A stretch of DNA of 64,000 bases from an uncultured Bacteroidales bacterium (lineage in GTDB: Bacteria > Bacteroidota > Bacteroidia > Bacteroidales > F082), in the NCBI GenBank assembly GCA_900318085.1, contig ONJF01000012.1, forward strand, positions 7,926-71,925, given 5' to 3'. A program made the position numbers and the translations under genes. This document shows positions 35,105-44,690 of this stretch, one piece after another. The notes under the pieces were generated by a model, which was not told the origin of the DNA, ran no database searches, and saw nothing but the letters and a program-made list of their open reading frames with translations. The stretch's first letter is position 1. Every line of letters begins with the position of its first letter.

Positions 35105-35739
35105 ACCCAGCAATCATAGCATACGTCGAGCACGAGATTCTCCCCCGCTACGACCATTTCGATGCTGCCCATCAGCGCAACCACGCCAATGAGGTCATCG
35201 AAAGAAGTCTTGCTTTGGCAAAGCATTATGAAGTGAACAACGACATGGTCTATGCCATCGCTGCCTATCATGACACAGGGCTCTGCGAAGGCCGCGACAC
35301 CCATCATCTTGTCTCGGGACGCATCATCCGCGAAGACAGAAAGTTACGAGAATGGTTCGATGAAGGCCAAATCGAGACCATGGCACAGGCTGCGGAAGAC
35401 CATCGTGCCTCAAGCGGGCATGAGCCACGGTCCATCTATGGCAAAATCGTGGCAGAGGCCGACCGACTCATCACACCCGAAAAGGTCATCCGTCGCACCA
35501 TACAATTCACTCAAGACCACTTCCCCGACTATGACAAGGAGCAACAATTCCAACGTTTTCGCGAACATCTGATGGAAAAGTACTCTGATACGGGCTACCT
35601 TAAGCTATGGCTGCCCGAATCGGAGAATGCGCCACGTTTGGAAGAATTGCGAAAGATTATTCGTGACGAGATAAAGATGCGAGAAGCCTTTGATCGTGCC
35701 TTCGACCACACCCGAGATGCCAGACAACAAGGCCAATAA
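35098..35739 (+). CDS. HD-domain phosphohydrolase
   Basis: The long ORF is trimmed to the ATG at 35098, which overlaps the upstream stop by 7 nt. HANEV...AAYHDTG H..HD pattern. Confidence 0.65.
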   Translation: MVNPAIIAYVEHEILPRYDHFDAAHQRNHANEVIERSLALAKHYEVNNDMVYAIAAYHDTGLCEGRDTHHLVSGRIIREDRKLREWFDEGQIETMAQAAEDHRASSGHEPRSIYGKIVAEADRLITPEKVIRRTIQFTQDHFPDYDKEQQFQRFREHLMEKYSDTGYLKLWLPESENAPRLEELRKIIRDEIKMREAFDRAFDHTRDARQQGQ

Positions 35740-35791
35740 AAGCTGGACTCCATAATAATTGTAGCTTTGTCACACGAATAAAGAAAATTTG

Positions 35792-35799
35792 TATTTTTG
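35792..35799 (+). promoter_or_regulatory. -7 box TATTTTTG
   Basis: Matches TAnnTTTG, 21 nt before the ATG at 35820. Confidence 0.45.
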
Positions 35800-35819
35800 C
35801 AATCCTAAAATCCAGAAAA

Positions 35820-36710
35820 ATGAAAAAACTCTTTATCACCTTTATTTTCCTTTGCCTCGGCGGTCTCGTCATGGCGCAGGAAGGCAATGAAACGGAATTC
35901 AAGATGGCATTGGGCGACACAATCGTGTGGAAACCTTTTGCAAATTGCAATATGTTGGGGTACAACATCAAAGGCCCTAAAGTCATCAGCTTCAAGCCTG
36001 TGCATTTCGGCGAAAAGATCGAAATCATCGCCAAGACTGTCGGCAAGAGCAGCATTATTGCCACATGTCAAGACAACAACACCGAAGCCATGGCCAACAT
36101 CATCGTTTTCGACCCTAACGATGTGCCCGTCATCGCCGAAAAGCCCGTGAAGCCTGCCACACAGACTTTCACCGATTCGTATACATTCAACCCGCCCACC
36201 AACAACTATTTCATCACCATCAACGACATGGGCAGCGGATTCAACGAGACCTATATGAAACATGGTGACGACGAAGCGTATAACGACGGACAAGGCGTCG
36301 ACCGCTTCTGGAACGTCAAGACTGGAAAGAACTGGTACTACCGTCCCGATGCACAAGGCTGGACCGACGATGTCGACTGGGAGTTCGAACCCTTTGGAAC
36401 AAGTTTCCCCATCATCAACTCCTTCGCCAACGAAGTGAACAAGGACAACCTCTCTAACTACTATGTCGGTACCGAAAAACTCACGGTCGGTGGCTCTGAC
36501 AAACCCTTCGATATCGACTGCTGGCATTTCTTTGTCGACTTCGAAGACGGCACGGTCATCCAATACTGGGTCGACCCCACCAACGGCTGCACGCTGAAGC
36601 GTCAAATCAATGCCGACCCCGCCAAAGTGGTCACGGTGTATGACCTCAAGTACAACCGCTTATATTTTGGTCCCAGCTTCAAGAAAGGCTTACATGACAT
36701 TACGAGATGA
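35820..36710 (+). CDS. Hypothetical secreted protein
   Basis: 296 aa with a signal peptide (MKKLFITFIFLCLGGLVMAQ). Confidence 0.5.
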   Translation: MKKLFITFIFLCLGGLVMAQEGNETEFKMALGDTIVWKPFANCNMLGYNIKGPKVISFKPVHFGEKIEIIAKTVGKSSIIATCQDNNTEAMANIIVFDPNDVPVIAEKPVKPATQTFTDSYTFNPPTNNYFITINDMGSGFNETYMKHGDDEAYNDGQGVDRFWNVKTGKNWYYRPDAQGWTDDVDWEFEPFGTSFPIINSFANEVNKDNLSNYYVGTEKLTVGGSDKPFDIDCWHFFVDFEDGTVIQYWVDPTNGCTLKRQINADPAKVVTVYDLKYNRLYFGPSFKKGLHDITR

Positions 36711-36842
36711 ATGAGATTCCCCTGCGAGGAATGGAGACGGATGTGTGTTTATTATGCGGCGGCAAAAAGAACCGATAATTAAATGGTGTTCGAGGCCGCC
36801 GCAATACAAAAAAAGAACAGACTCCATTCCCGAAGGGAAACT

Positions 36843-36872
36843 CAATCTTGAAATTTTGAAATCCTGAAATCA
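36843..36872 (+). repeat. CTTGAAAT-type repeat in the gcvT leader
   Basis: CAATCTTGAAATTTTGAAATCCTGAAATCA. The same words occur upstream of folD at 42383-42451. Confidence 0.5.
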
Positions 36873-36888
36873 TAAATAACATACGTCA

Positions 36889-38004
36889 ATGGAAAACATC
36901 GAATTAAAGAAAACCCCTTACAACCAGATCCATCACGACCTGGGCGCCAAGATGGCTGAATTTGCCGGTTATGACATGCCGATCCAATACACCGGCCTCG
37001 TCGAAGAACACAACAACGTCCGTAACAACGTCGGTGTATTCGACGTGAGCCACATGGGCGAGTTCCGTGCCAAAGGTCCCATGGCCAAGCAGTTCATGCA
37101 ATACTGCACCGTCAACGACGTCGCCGCTTTGAGCGACGGCAAGGTGCAATACACCTGCCTTCCTAACGGTAAGGGCGGCATCGTGGACGACATGCTCGTC
37201 TACCGCATTGCCGACGACCACTATTTCATGGTGCCCAATGCCGCCAACATCGACAAGGACTGGGCTTGGATGAGCCAGATTGCCGAGAAGTTCGGCATGA
37301 CCCTCGGTGAAGACTTCAAGAACGAGAGCGAAGAATGGGCTCAACTGGCCGTGCAAGGCCCCAACGCCTTGAAAGCCATGCAGAAGCTCACCAAAGCCAA
37401 TGTGGTTGACATGGAATACTACACTTTCCAGATCATCAACTTCGCTGGTGTCGACAACATCATCTTCTCGACCACGGGTTACACGGGTTCGGGCGGCTGC
37501 GAGATCTACATCCCCGTCGCTCACGCCAAGGAGGTTTGGGACGCCGTCTTTGAGGCTGGCAAGGAGTTCGGCATCATGCCTGCTGGTCTGGGCTGCCGCG
37601 ACACCCTGCGTCTCGAGAAGGGCTTCTGCCTCTACGGTCACGAGATCGACGACACCATCAGTCCCATCGAGGCTGGTCTGGGTTGGATCACCAAGTTCGT
37701 CGACGGCAACGACTTCCTCAACCGCGAAATCTTCGCCGCACAGAAAGCCAATGGCGTGAGCCAGAAGATTGTCGGCTTCGAGATGATCGACCGCGGCATT
37801 CCGCGTAACGGCTACGAGGTGTGCGATGCCGAAGGCAACTGCATCGGCATGGTGCGCTCGGGCAGCCCGTCGCCCTCGACTGGCAAGAACATCGGTACCG
37901 CTTTGGTGAAGAAGGCCTTCAGCAAGAAGGACACCGAAATCTTCATCAAGATCCGTAACAAACTCATCAAGGCCGTCGTGGTCAAGATGCCGTTCCTGCC
38001 CTAA
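36889..38004 (+). CDS. gcvT: Glycine cleavage system aminomethyltransferase (T protein)
   Basis: 371 aa. Whole-length resemblance to GcvT (VGVFDVSHMGEF, GYTGSGG, RDTLRLE). Confidence 0.9.
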   Translation: MENIELKKTPYNQIHHDLGAKMAEFAGYDMPIQYTGLVEEHNNVRNNVGVFDVSHMGEFRAKGPMAKQFMQYCTVNDVAALSDGKVQYTCLPNGKGGIVDDMLVYRIADDHYFMVPNAANIDKDWAWMSQIAEKFGMTLGEDFKNESEEWAQLAVQGPNALKAMQKLTKANVVDMEYYTFQIINFAGVDNIIFSTTGYTGSGGCEIYIPVAHAKEVWDAVFEAGKEFGIMPAGLGCRDTLRLEKGFCLYGHEIDDTISPIEAGLGWITKFVDGNDFLNREIFAAQKANGVSQKIVGFEMIDRGIPRNGYEVCDAEGNCIGMVRSGSPSPSTGKNIGTALVKKAFSKKDTEIFIKIRNKLIKAVVVKMPFLP

Positions 38005-38030
38005 TCTGCAATATGGCATGACACAACACA

Positions 38031-38064
38031 AAAACGCTCTCGGTTTCGAGAGCGTTTTTTCTTT
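38031..38064 (+). terminator. Intrinsic terminator after gcvT
   Basis: AAAACGCTCTCG-gttt-CGAGAGCGTTTT plus a T-run. Confidence 0.75.
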
Positions 38065-38121
38065 ACATCTGCCAAAATTTCCGACCTTTGCAGCGGAACA
38101 ATTCTTGATAAGCCTACCAGC

Positions 38122-38841
38122 ATGGACAACAAACAGGAAAGAAAGAAGTTCTTCGGCAGCCTCGTCATCCCGCTTATCATCGTGGCTTTGATGTGGCTGG
38201 TGAAAGTCTTTGAGGTATCGGCAGGTGTCAGCTTGAGTCGGTGGGGCCTGGTGCCACACAGTGTCAATGGTCTCGTAGGCATCTTTACCCTGCCTTTCCT
38301 GCACAGCAATTGGGAACATCTGCTGTCAAACACGATCCCCATCCTCGTCCTCGGCACCGCCTTGTATTACTGCTACCCCACCCTCGCCAACCGCGTGCTG
38401 CTCATCACCTATTTAGCAAGTGGATTGATCACCTGGTGTATCGGCAGGCCAGATACAACACACATTGGAGCCAGTGCACTCGTATATGGACTCAACCTCT
38501 TCCTCATCGTGAGCGGCTTCATCCGTGGCAACCGCATGCTCATCGTCGTTTCGCTCATCATGGTATTTCTCTATGGCAGCTTTATCTGGGGCATGATACC
38601 CTCTTTGGCCATCCCACAAAACATCTCCTGGGAAGGTCACCTCAGCGGCGCCTTGATTGGTGTGTTGTTGGCTATTTTCCTACGAAAAGAAGGCCCGCAA
38701 AAAGAAATCCATCATTGGGACGAAGACGATGACGACGAAAACGGTTCTTCGACAGATTCAGAGGCCGAAGAGCATCCCTACTGGGACGTGCCCACGCCTT
38801 CTGATGATGAGTTGACGGTGCAATACCGCATCAGACATTGA
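38122..38841 (+). CDS. Rhomboid-family intramembrane serine protease
   Basis: HSNWEHLLSN, GASALVYG (GxSxxxxG) and a downstream H in EGHLSGALIG. Acidic C-terminal tail. Confidence 0.75.
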   Translation: MDNKQERKKFFGSLVIPLIIVALMWLVKVFEVSAGVSLSRWGLVPHSVNGLVGIFTLPFLHSNWEHLLSNTIPILVLGTALYYCYPTLANRVLLITYLASGLITWCIGRPDTTHIGASALVYGLNLFLIVSGFIRGNRMLIVVSLIMVFLYGSFIWGMIPSLAIPQNISWEGHLSGALIGVLLAIFLRKEGPQKEIHHWDEDDDDENGSSTDSEAEEHPYWDVPTPSDDELTVQYRIRH

Positions 38842-38923
38842 AATCGTCTCTCAACACTTCAATCACCAGATGACATCAGCACCGCCAAACCCATGCCTAA
38901 AACCAAAAATAATCTCTTCATTT

Positions 38924-40576
38924 TTAATTGATTACAACCATTTCAGTTCTACGGTTCAAGGCGCGGTGTTCGTCGCTATCATTGGGCACCAATGGCTTAG
39001 AAGCACCATAGCCATGGGCGGTCAGACGGCTTTCTTCGACACCATGGTCAATCAAGGCTCTGCGCACCACTTCGGCACGGTCAGACGAAAGCTTCAGATT
39101 GTAGTTGGCGTTACCCACATCATCGGTATGGCCTGCCAACTCAACTTTCAAGTCGGGATTGCGTTTCAGGAAGTCGGTGAGCATCCCGATGCCAATTTGC
39201 GAATCTTCGGTCAAGGCCGAACTATTGAACTCAAATTGGATGTTTTGTAACACTACCGCATCACCAGGAGACAACTCCACCACATCAACGACGGCCAGGT
39301 AGTTAGCCGAGTCAGAACGGACCTCCTCGGGCAGTTCAAAGGTGTAGATGTCGTAACCTCCGTTTCCGCCTTCGCGTTGCGAAGAGATGAAGGCCGTCTT
39401 GCCATCAGCAGCTACAAAAAAGTTGATTTCATCACCCTGCGTGTTGATAGGAAAGCCCAAGTTGACAGGCTCCTTCCATTGTCCGTCCTCTCCCCTACGG
39501 CTCATGAAGAGGTCGAAACCGCCCATGCCGACATGTTTATCTGAAGAGAAATAGAGCGTGCGTCCGTCAGGATGAAGGAAGGGCGCCATCTCGGTGCCTT
39601 GGGTATTAATAGGTGCGCCTATGTTTTGGGGCTCACCCCAACTGCCGTTGGCATTGCGCAGACAACGAAAGATATCGGCATTGCCCGCGCGACGCGAGAC
39701 GAAATAAAGTTCACGTCCGTCGCTGCTCACACAAGGCTGCGACTCCCAGTTTCTTGTGTTGATACTTTGCGAAAGCGGCATAGGCATCGACCACTGGCCA
39801 TCCACCCATTCAGCCACATAGAGGTCGCAACTACTGTCGCGCGTCCATCCGCAGCCTGTCAGATAGAGTTTCTTGCCGTCGGCGGAGATGAAAGCCGCGC
39901 CTGGGTCGACATCGTCAGGAAAACCAGCAAATTTCAGAGGTTGTGGCACAGTCCAATGTTCGCCATCCCCTGATGAGACGAGAAGGGTTTCCTTCTGATA
40001 GCCTTCCGTCATGGTCATTTTGCGCGTCAGCAAGAGCTGCGACCCGTCAAACGACAGCATATTGACATACTCGTCATCGGTAGTATTAATGGCATCACCC
40101 AAAGTCTCGGGGTCAAATGCCACAGGATGAGAATAGGCCCAATCGCGGAAGGTGGCTTGTGCAAGCATGTCCGACACCACTGCATTTTGAGCTTCGTTTT
40201 TGAACTGCTTCGACTGGTACCATTTTAGCAAGAGAATCTCTCGCTTGTAGGCTCCTTGACGGTCATAAAGACGAGCCAATGAGATGGCAGCAGGAGGAAA
40301 CAACAAGGAATCACAGAAAAGAGATTTCTCATAGCCCAAGATAGCCAAGTCATAGTCTTGGGTCTCCATTCCAATCTCGCCTTCTAGCAGCCACGCCTCG
40401 GCATAGTTGGGATCTTCCGTAACAGCCTTCAGCACTTGCTGATGCGCCTTCTTATAGTCGTGTTTCAGGAATGCCTCCTCGGCCGCCTCATACGCCTTGA
40501 CAGCCTTCTTGGGATGTTGTGCAAAGGCAGAACAAACAGAAACAAGGAACAGCAATATGAACGCAACACGTTTCAT
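38924..40576 (-). CDS. OmpA-family protein with N-terminal TPR and a TolB-like beta-propeller region
   Basis: The C-terminus LAGHTDDVGNANYNLKLSSDRAEVV...NRRTEMVV is an OmpA_C peptidoglycan-binding domain. Confidence 0.75.
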   Translation of the reverse strand: MKRVAFILLFLVSVCSAFAQHPKKAVKAYEAAEEAFLKHDYKKAHQQVLKAVTEDPNYAEAWLLEGEIGMETQDYDLAILGYEKSLFCDSLLFPPAAISLARLYDRQGAYKREILLLKWYQSKQFKNEAQNAVVSDMLAQATFRDWAYSHPVAFDPETLGDAINTTDDEYVNMLSFDGSQLLLTRKMTMTEGYQKETLLVSSGDGEHWTVPQPLKFAGFPDDVDPGAAFISADGKKLYLTGCGWTRDSSCDLYVAEWVDGQWSMPMPLSQSINTRNWESQPCVSSDGRELYFVSRRAGNADIFRCLRNANGSWGEPQNIGAPINTQGTEMAPFLHPDGRTLYFSSDKHVGMGGFDLFMSRRGEDGQWKEPVNLGFPINTQGDEINFFVAADGKTAFISSQREGGNGGYDIYTFELPEEVRSDSANYLAVVDVVELSPGDAVVLQNIQFEFNSSALTEDSQIGIGMLTDFLKRNPDLKVELAGHTDDVGNANYNLKLSSDRAEVVRRALIDHGVEESRLTAHGYGASKPLVPNDSDEHRALNRRTEMVVIN

Positions 40577-41487
40577 TTCTTGCTATTTTTCAATTCTCTT
40601 TCAATCCATTTGCGAAAATCCACCACAAAAACGCGGGCCGTCATAGATTGCGATGTTTCCGCACTCACGTAACAGCGGCCATTGTCGAAGAAGCAGATGC
40701 CTTCCATCTGCCCACCAGCCAGTTGAGGCATCTCGAAACGATGATTGGGCAATTTGACCCCTGCTTCATCGAAATCGAAGATGATGTACATGAAAGGTTT
40801 CCATATATTCTTCACATAGCCCACGATGACCAAGATGTGGCGTTCATTGTCGTAATCCGCACCCGTAATCAGGCCTTGCGAGTCGAAGCCGTTGACCACC
40901 TCTGCCACATAATCGCCAGGTGTTTTCGGCAAACGATAGAGGCGTGTGGTGCCTGTAGCCCAACCTTTGGCGAGAAGATAGAGGCAATCATCGGTGGCAA
41001 AGAACGCCTCGCAGTCATAGTCATGCCTATACTTCCTCTTCGAGAAGTCTGTTTGGTCTACATAGCGGAAAGTGATGGAGTCGACTTCGACAACGGCATC
41101 GCCCTCATCAGGGATAGAAGATAAAGGGAAGGTATAGACTTTCAAGTCTTTGCGCGTGCCTTTGTTGTTACCGAATTCACCAACAAACACGCTGTTGTCG
41201 TCTGTGCACACATCTTCCCAGTCCATGTTTCTCACATGAGCCAGGGTAACTCTCTGTACGATTTCAAAGGTAGTGGTATCCAGTGCAAAGAGGATGGGCT
41301 TGCCTCCGCTGTCGTTATGCGTCCAAAGGCGACCATTATGAAAAAACAGGCCCGAGGTCTCGCTCACCTCTTTAGGCAACTCTGACTTGAGTTGTGGAAC
41401 GAAGGAAGGCGAAAAGCCGCCTTCTGCCTGCGCCCAAACAAAAGGCGAAAGCAGCAGCAACAACCCAACGAGCCACGCCTTTTTCAT
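40573..41487 (-). CDS. Hypothetical secreted beta-propeller-like protein
   Basis: 304 aa with a signal peptide. The ETSGL...HNDSGG motif resembles SdiA-regulated/YjiK-like proteins (weak). ATGA overlap with the downstream gene. Confidence 0.4.
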   Translation of the reverse strand: MKKAWLVGLLLLLSPFVWAQAEGGFSPSFVPQLKSELPKEVSETSGLFFHNGRLWTHNDSGGKPILFALDTTTFEIVQRVTLAHVRNMDWEDVCTDDNSVFVGEFGNNKGTRKDLKVYTFPLSSIPDEGDAVVEVDSITFRYVDQTDFSKRKYRHDYDCEAFFATDDCLYLLAKGWATGTTRLYRLPKTPGDYVAEVVNGFDSQGLITGADYDNERHILVIVGYVKNIWKPFMYIIFDFDEAGVKLPNHRFEMPQLAGGQMEGICFFDNGRCYVSAETSQSMTARVFVVDFRKWIERELKNSKK

Positions 41488-41492
41488 AAGGA

Positions 41493-42377
41493 TTACTTCG
41501 GATAGACCTCGCCTTTAGCGGCTTTCAAGGTGTTTTGCAGCAGCGACACAATAGTCATGGGACCTACGCCACCAGGCACTGGGGTAATCTTCGATGCCAC
41601 TTTATAGACCTCGTCATAGTCCACATCGCCCATAATCTTGTAGCCTTTCGGGCTGGAAGCATCTTCGATGCGGTGGATGCCCACGTCGATGACCACGGCA
41701 CCAGACTTCACCATGTCGGCAGTCACAAACCCTTGCTTGCCTATGGCAGCCACGAGGATGTCGGCATTGCGGCAGATGTCGGGCAGATTCTTGGTGCGGC
41801 TATGGCACAGCGTGACGGTGGCATCGATGCCTTTACGCGACATGAGGATGGCCATAGGCGTGCCTACGATGTTGGAACGGCCCAACACGACCACATTCTT
41901 ACCCACGGTCTCGATACCCGAGCGTTTGATGAGCTCCATAATGCCATTAGGAGTGGCAGGAACAAAGCAGGGATGTCCGAGTTGCATGCGACCTGCGTTA
42001 ACGCTGGTAAAGCCGTCCACATCCTTTTCAGGCTTGATGGCGTTGATCACCTTGTTCTCGTCGATATGCTTGGGCAACGGCAACTGGATGATGTATCCGT
42101 CAATCTCGGGGTCATTGTTTAAGAATTCCACCATATCGAGCATCTCTTTCTCGGTGGTGCTTTCAGGCAGACGATAGACCGACGAAGTCATGCCCACCGA
42201 ATGGCAGGCTTTCTCTTTCGAAGCCACATAGGTCTTGCTGGCACCATCTTCGCCAACGATAACGGCCGCGAGGTGCGGGGCTGCGATGCCATGGTCGATC
42301 ATATCAGCCACTTCAGCAGCGATTTCTTTCTTGATTTGTTCGGAAATAAGCTTTCCGTCAATGATTTTTGTATCCAT
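41493..42377 (-). CDS. folD: Bifunctional methylenetetrahydrofolate dehydrogenase/cyclohydrolase
   Basis: 294 aa. Whole-length FolD resemblance (GRSNIVGTPMA, PVPGGVGPMT). Confidence 0.9.
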   Translation of the reverse strand: MDTKIIDGKLISEQIKKEIAAEVADMIDHGIAAPHLAAVIVGEDGASKTYVASKEKACHSVGMTSSVYRLPESTTEKEMLDMVEFLNNDPEIDGYIIQLPLPKHIDENKVINAIKPEKDVDGFTSVNAGRMQLGHPCFVPATPNGIMELIKRSGIETVGKNVVVLGRSNIVGTPMAILMSRKGIDATVTLCHSRTKNLPDICRNADILVAAIGKQGFVTADMVKSGAVVIDVGIHRIEDASSPKGYKIMGDVDYDEVYKVASKITPVPGGVGPMTIVSLLQNTLKAAKGEVYPK

Positions 42378-42382
42378 AGTTT

Positions 42383-42451
42383 TATTTCAAGATTTCAAAA
42401 TCCCTAATTTCAAGATTGGAGTCGGTCGTGAAATACCAAATCTTGAAATCC
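42383..42451. repeat. ffh-folD intergenic repeats: ATTTCAAGATT x2 and an inverted AATCTTGAAAT
   Basis: 42384-94 and 42407-17 (ATTTCAAGATT), 42439-49 (AATCTTGAAAT). The last two can form an 11-bp stem. Confidence 0.55.
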
Positions 42452-42453
42452 TT

Positions 42454-43788
42454 TTATCTTCTTCTCATCGCGCTAGCCATTCTCGCAAACTTCTTACCGC
42501 CACCGGTCGTCATCATGCGCATCATCTTGGCTGTTTCCTCAAACTGTTTGACAAGGCGGTTGACCTCCACAATGCTGGTGCCACTGCCGTCGGCAATGCG
42601 TTTGCGGCGCGTGCCGTTGAGCAGCTTCGGGTTCTCACGTTCCTGCGGCGTCATGGAATAGATGATGGCTTCGATGCTCTTGAAGGCATCGTCGTCGATC
42701 TCCTCGCCCTTCATGGCCTTGTCCATGCCAGGAATCATGCTGGCGAGGTCTTTCAGGTTGCCCATCTTCTTGATCTGCTGGATCTGCTTCAAGAAGTCAT
42801 TGTAGTTGAACTCATTCTGGGCGAGTTTCTTCTGAAGTTTGCGGGCTTCTTCTTCGTCGAACTGCTCCTGGGCACGTTCCACGAGAGAGACAATGTCGCC
42901 CATGCCAAGGATACGATCGGCCATACGTTTGGGGTGGAACACATCCAAGGCATCCATCTTCTCGCCGATACCGACGAATTTGATAGGCTTCTCCACCACA
43001 GTACGGATGGTGAGAGCAGCACCGCCACGGGTGTCACCATCGAGTTTGGTCAGCACCACGCCGTCGAAGTCCAAACGGTCGTTGAAGGCCTTGGCCGTGT
43101 TGACAGCATCCTGACCCGTCATGGCATCCACCACAAACAAGGTCTCATGCGGCTTCACGGCTTCCTTGATGTTGGCAATCTCATTCATCATCTCCTCGTC
43201 GACGGCCAAACGACCAGCGGTATCGATGATGACCACGTTCTTGCCCTGGCTCTTGGCATGGTTGATGGCGTTTTGTGCAATCTGTACGGGGTTCTTGTTG
43301 CCTTCTTCGCTATAGACCTCAACCTCTACCTGTTGGCCCAACACTTTCAATTGCTCGATAGCAGCGGGACGATAGACGTCGCCAGCTACCAGCAACACTT
43401 GTTTGCTACGCTTGCGTTTCAGATAGGAAGCCAGTTTGGCCGAGAAAGTAGTCTTACCGGAACCTTGCAGACCTGCAATCAAGATGATGCTGGGTTGGCC
43501 TTTCAGGTTGATGTCGACGGCATCGCCTCCCATGAGTTCGGCCAGCTCATCGTGCACAATCTTGACCATCATCTCACCAGGTTTCACCGAAGTGAGAATC
43601 TCCTGTCCTAAAGCCTTTTCCTTAATATTATTCGTAACATCCTTGGCAATCTTGTAACTGACGTCGGCGTCCAAAAGGGCGCGACGGATTTCCTTCATCG
43701 TGTCAGCAATATTGACTTCCGTGATAAACGCTTGTCCCCTAAGGAGTTTGAACGAGCGTTCCAGTTTTTCGCTTAATCCTTCAAACAT
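42454..43788 (-). CDS. ffh: Signal recognition particle protein Ffh
   Basis: Trimmed to MFEGLSEKLERSFK. GLQGSGKTT, DTAGR and a Met-rich M domain. Confidence 0.9.
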   Translation of the reverse strand: MFEGLSEKLERSFKLLRGQAFITEVNIADTMKEIRRALLDADVSYKIAKDVTNNIKEKALGQEILTSVKPGEMMVKIVHDELAELMGGDAVDINLKGQPSIILIAGLQGSGKTTFSAKLASYLKRKRSKQVLLVAGDVYRPAAIEQLKVLGQQVEVEVYSEEGNKNPVQIAQNAINHAKSQGKNVVIIDTAGRLAVDEEMMNEIANIKEAVKPHETLFVVDAMTGQDAVNTAKAFNDRLDFDGVVLTKLDGDTRGGAALTIRTVVEKPIKFVGIGEKMDALDVFHPKRMADRILGMGDIVSLVERAQEQFDEEEARKLQKKLAQNEFNYNDFLKQIQQIKKMGNLKDLASMIPGMDKAMKGEEIDDDAFKSIEAIIYSMTPQERENPKLLNGTRRKRIADGSGTSIVEVNRLVKQFEETAKMMRMMTTGGGKKFARMASAMRRR

Positions 43789-43869
43789 AATACTCAAAAA
43801 ATTTGGCGCAAAGGTAAGAATTATTGTTTAATTGTTGAAATGTTTAACCGTTGAATTGATAGGATTCAC

Positions 43870-43877
43870 TATTTTTG
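43870..43877 (+). promoter_or_regulatory. -7 box TATTTTTG
   Basis: Matches TAnnTTTG, 21 nt before the ATG at 43898. Confidence 0.5.
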
Positions 43878-43897
43878 CACACTCAAATCATTAAACC

Positions 43898-44569
43898 ATG
43901 ATTAAGGAAAACTTGGAAAAAATCAGGGCAACGCTGCCCAAGTCTGTGACTTTGGTGGCCGTCAGCAAGACCAAGCCCGTCAGCGACTTACAGGAAGCCT
44001 ATGATGCTGGACAGCGTGCCTTCGGGGAAAACTACCCCCAAGAGATGCGCGACAAGCACGAAGTGCTGCCTCAAGACATCCAATGGCACTTCATCGGTCA
44101 CTTGCAGACCAACAAAATCAAGTATATCATCCCCTTCGTCACGCTCATCCACAGCATCGACTCGGCCAACCTCTTGGAGGCCGTCAACAAGGAAGCCAAG
44201 AAGCACGACCGTGTGGTGGATTGCCTGCTACAATTCCATATCGCGCAAGAAGAGACCAAGTTCGGTCTTGACCTCGAAGAAGCAAGACAACTACTTGATT
44301 CAGAGGCTTTCAAAGCAATGGAGAATGTTCGCATCTGCGGCGTGATGGGTATGGCCACCTTCACAGAAGACATGAATGAGGTTCGCAAGGAATTCAAGCA
44401 CCTGAAAGGAATCTTCGACACGCTGAAGCATGACTATTTCGACAACCAGCCGCAATTCAAAGAGATCTCAATGGGCATGTCTGACGACTACCCGATCGCC
44501 ATTGAGGAAGGCGCGACGATGGTACGGGTAGGGAGCAAGATTTTTGGGGCAAGACACTATAATAATTGA
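43898..44569 (+). CDS. yggS: YggS-family pyridoxal-phosphate homeostasis protein
   Basis: 223 aa. LVAVSKTKP (PLP lysine), FGENY, HFIGHLQTNK. Confidence 0.85.
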   Translation: MIKENLEKIRATLPKSVTLVAVSKTKPVSDLQEAYDAGQRAFGENYPQEMRDKHEVLPQDIQWHFIGHLQTNKIKYIIPFVTLIHSIDSANLLEAVNKEAKKHDRVVDCLLQFHIAQEETKFGLDLEEARQLLDSEAFKAMENVRICGVMGMATFTEDMNEVRKEFKHLKGIFDTLKHDYFDNQPQFKEISMGMSDDYPIAIEEGATMVRVGSKIFGARHYNN

Positions 44570-44690
44570 ATGCGGAATGAGGAATTATGAATGCTGAATG
44601 TTGAATGCTGAAATCGCAGATTCGACGAAGTCAATGTCGCGATGCGATGCAGGACTAATCTTCGATTTTCGTATTCCAAATTAAAACAGA

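Noticed and set aside
36904-38319. 471-aa ORF on the minus strand
   Set aside because: It lies antisense to gcvT, whose product matches the T protein end to end. The antisense translation is low-complexity (A/V/G/D/H-rich) shadow sequence, typical of GC-rich third positions.
42235-43611. 458-aa ORF on the plus strand
   Set aside because: It lies antisense to ffh and the folD 5' end. ffh is unambiguous, and the shadow ORF has no motifs.
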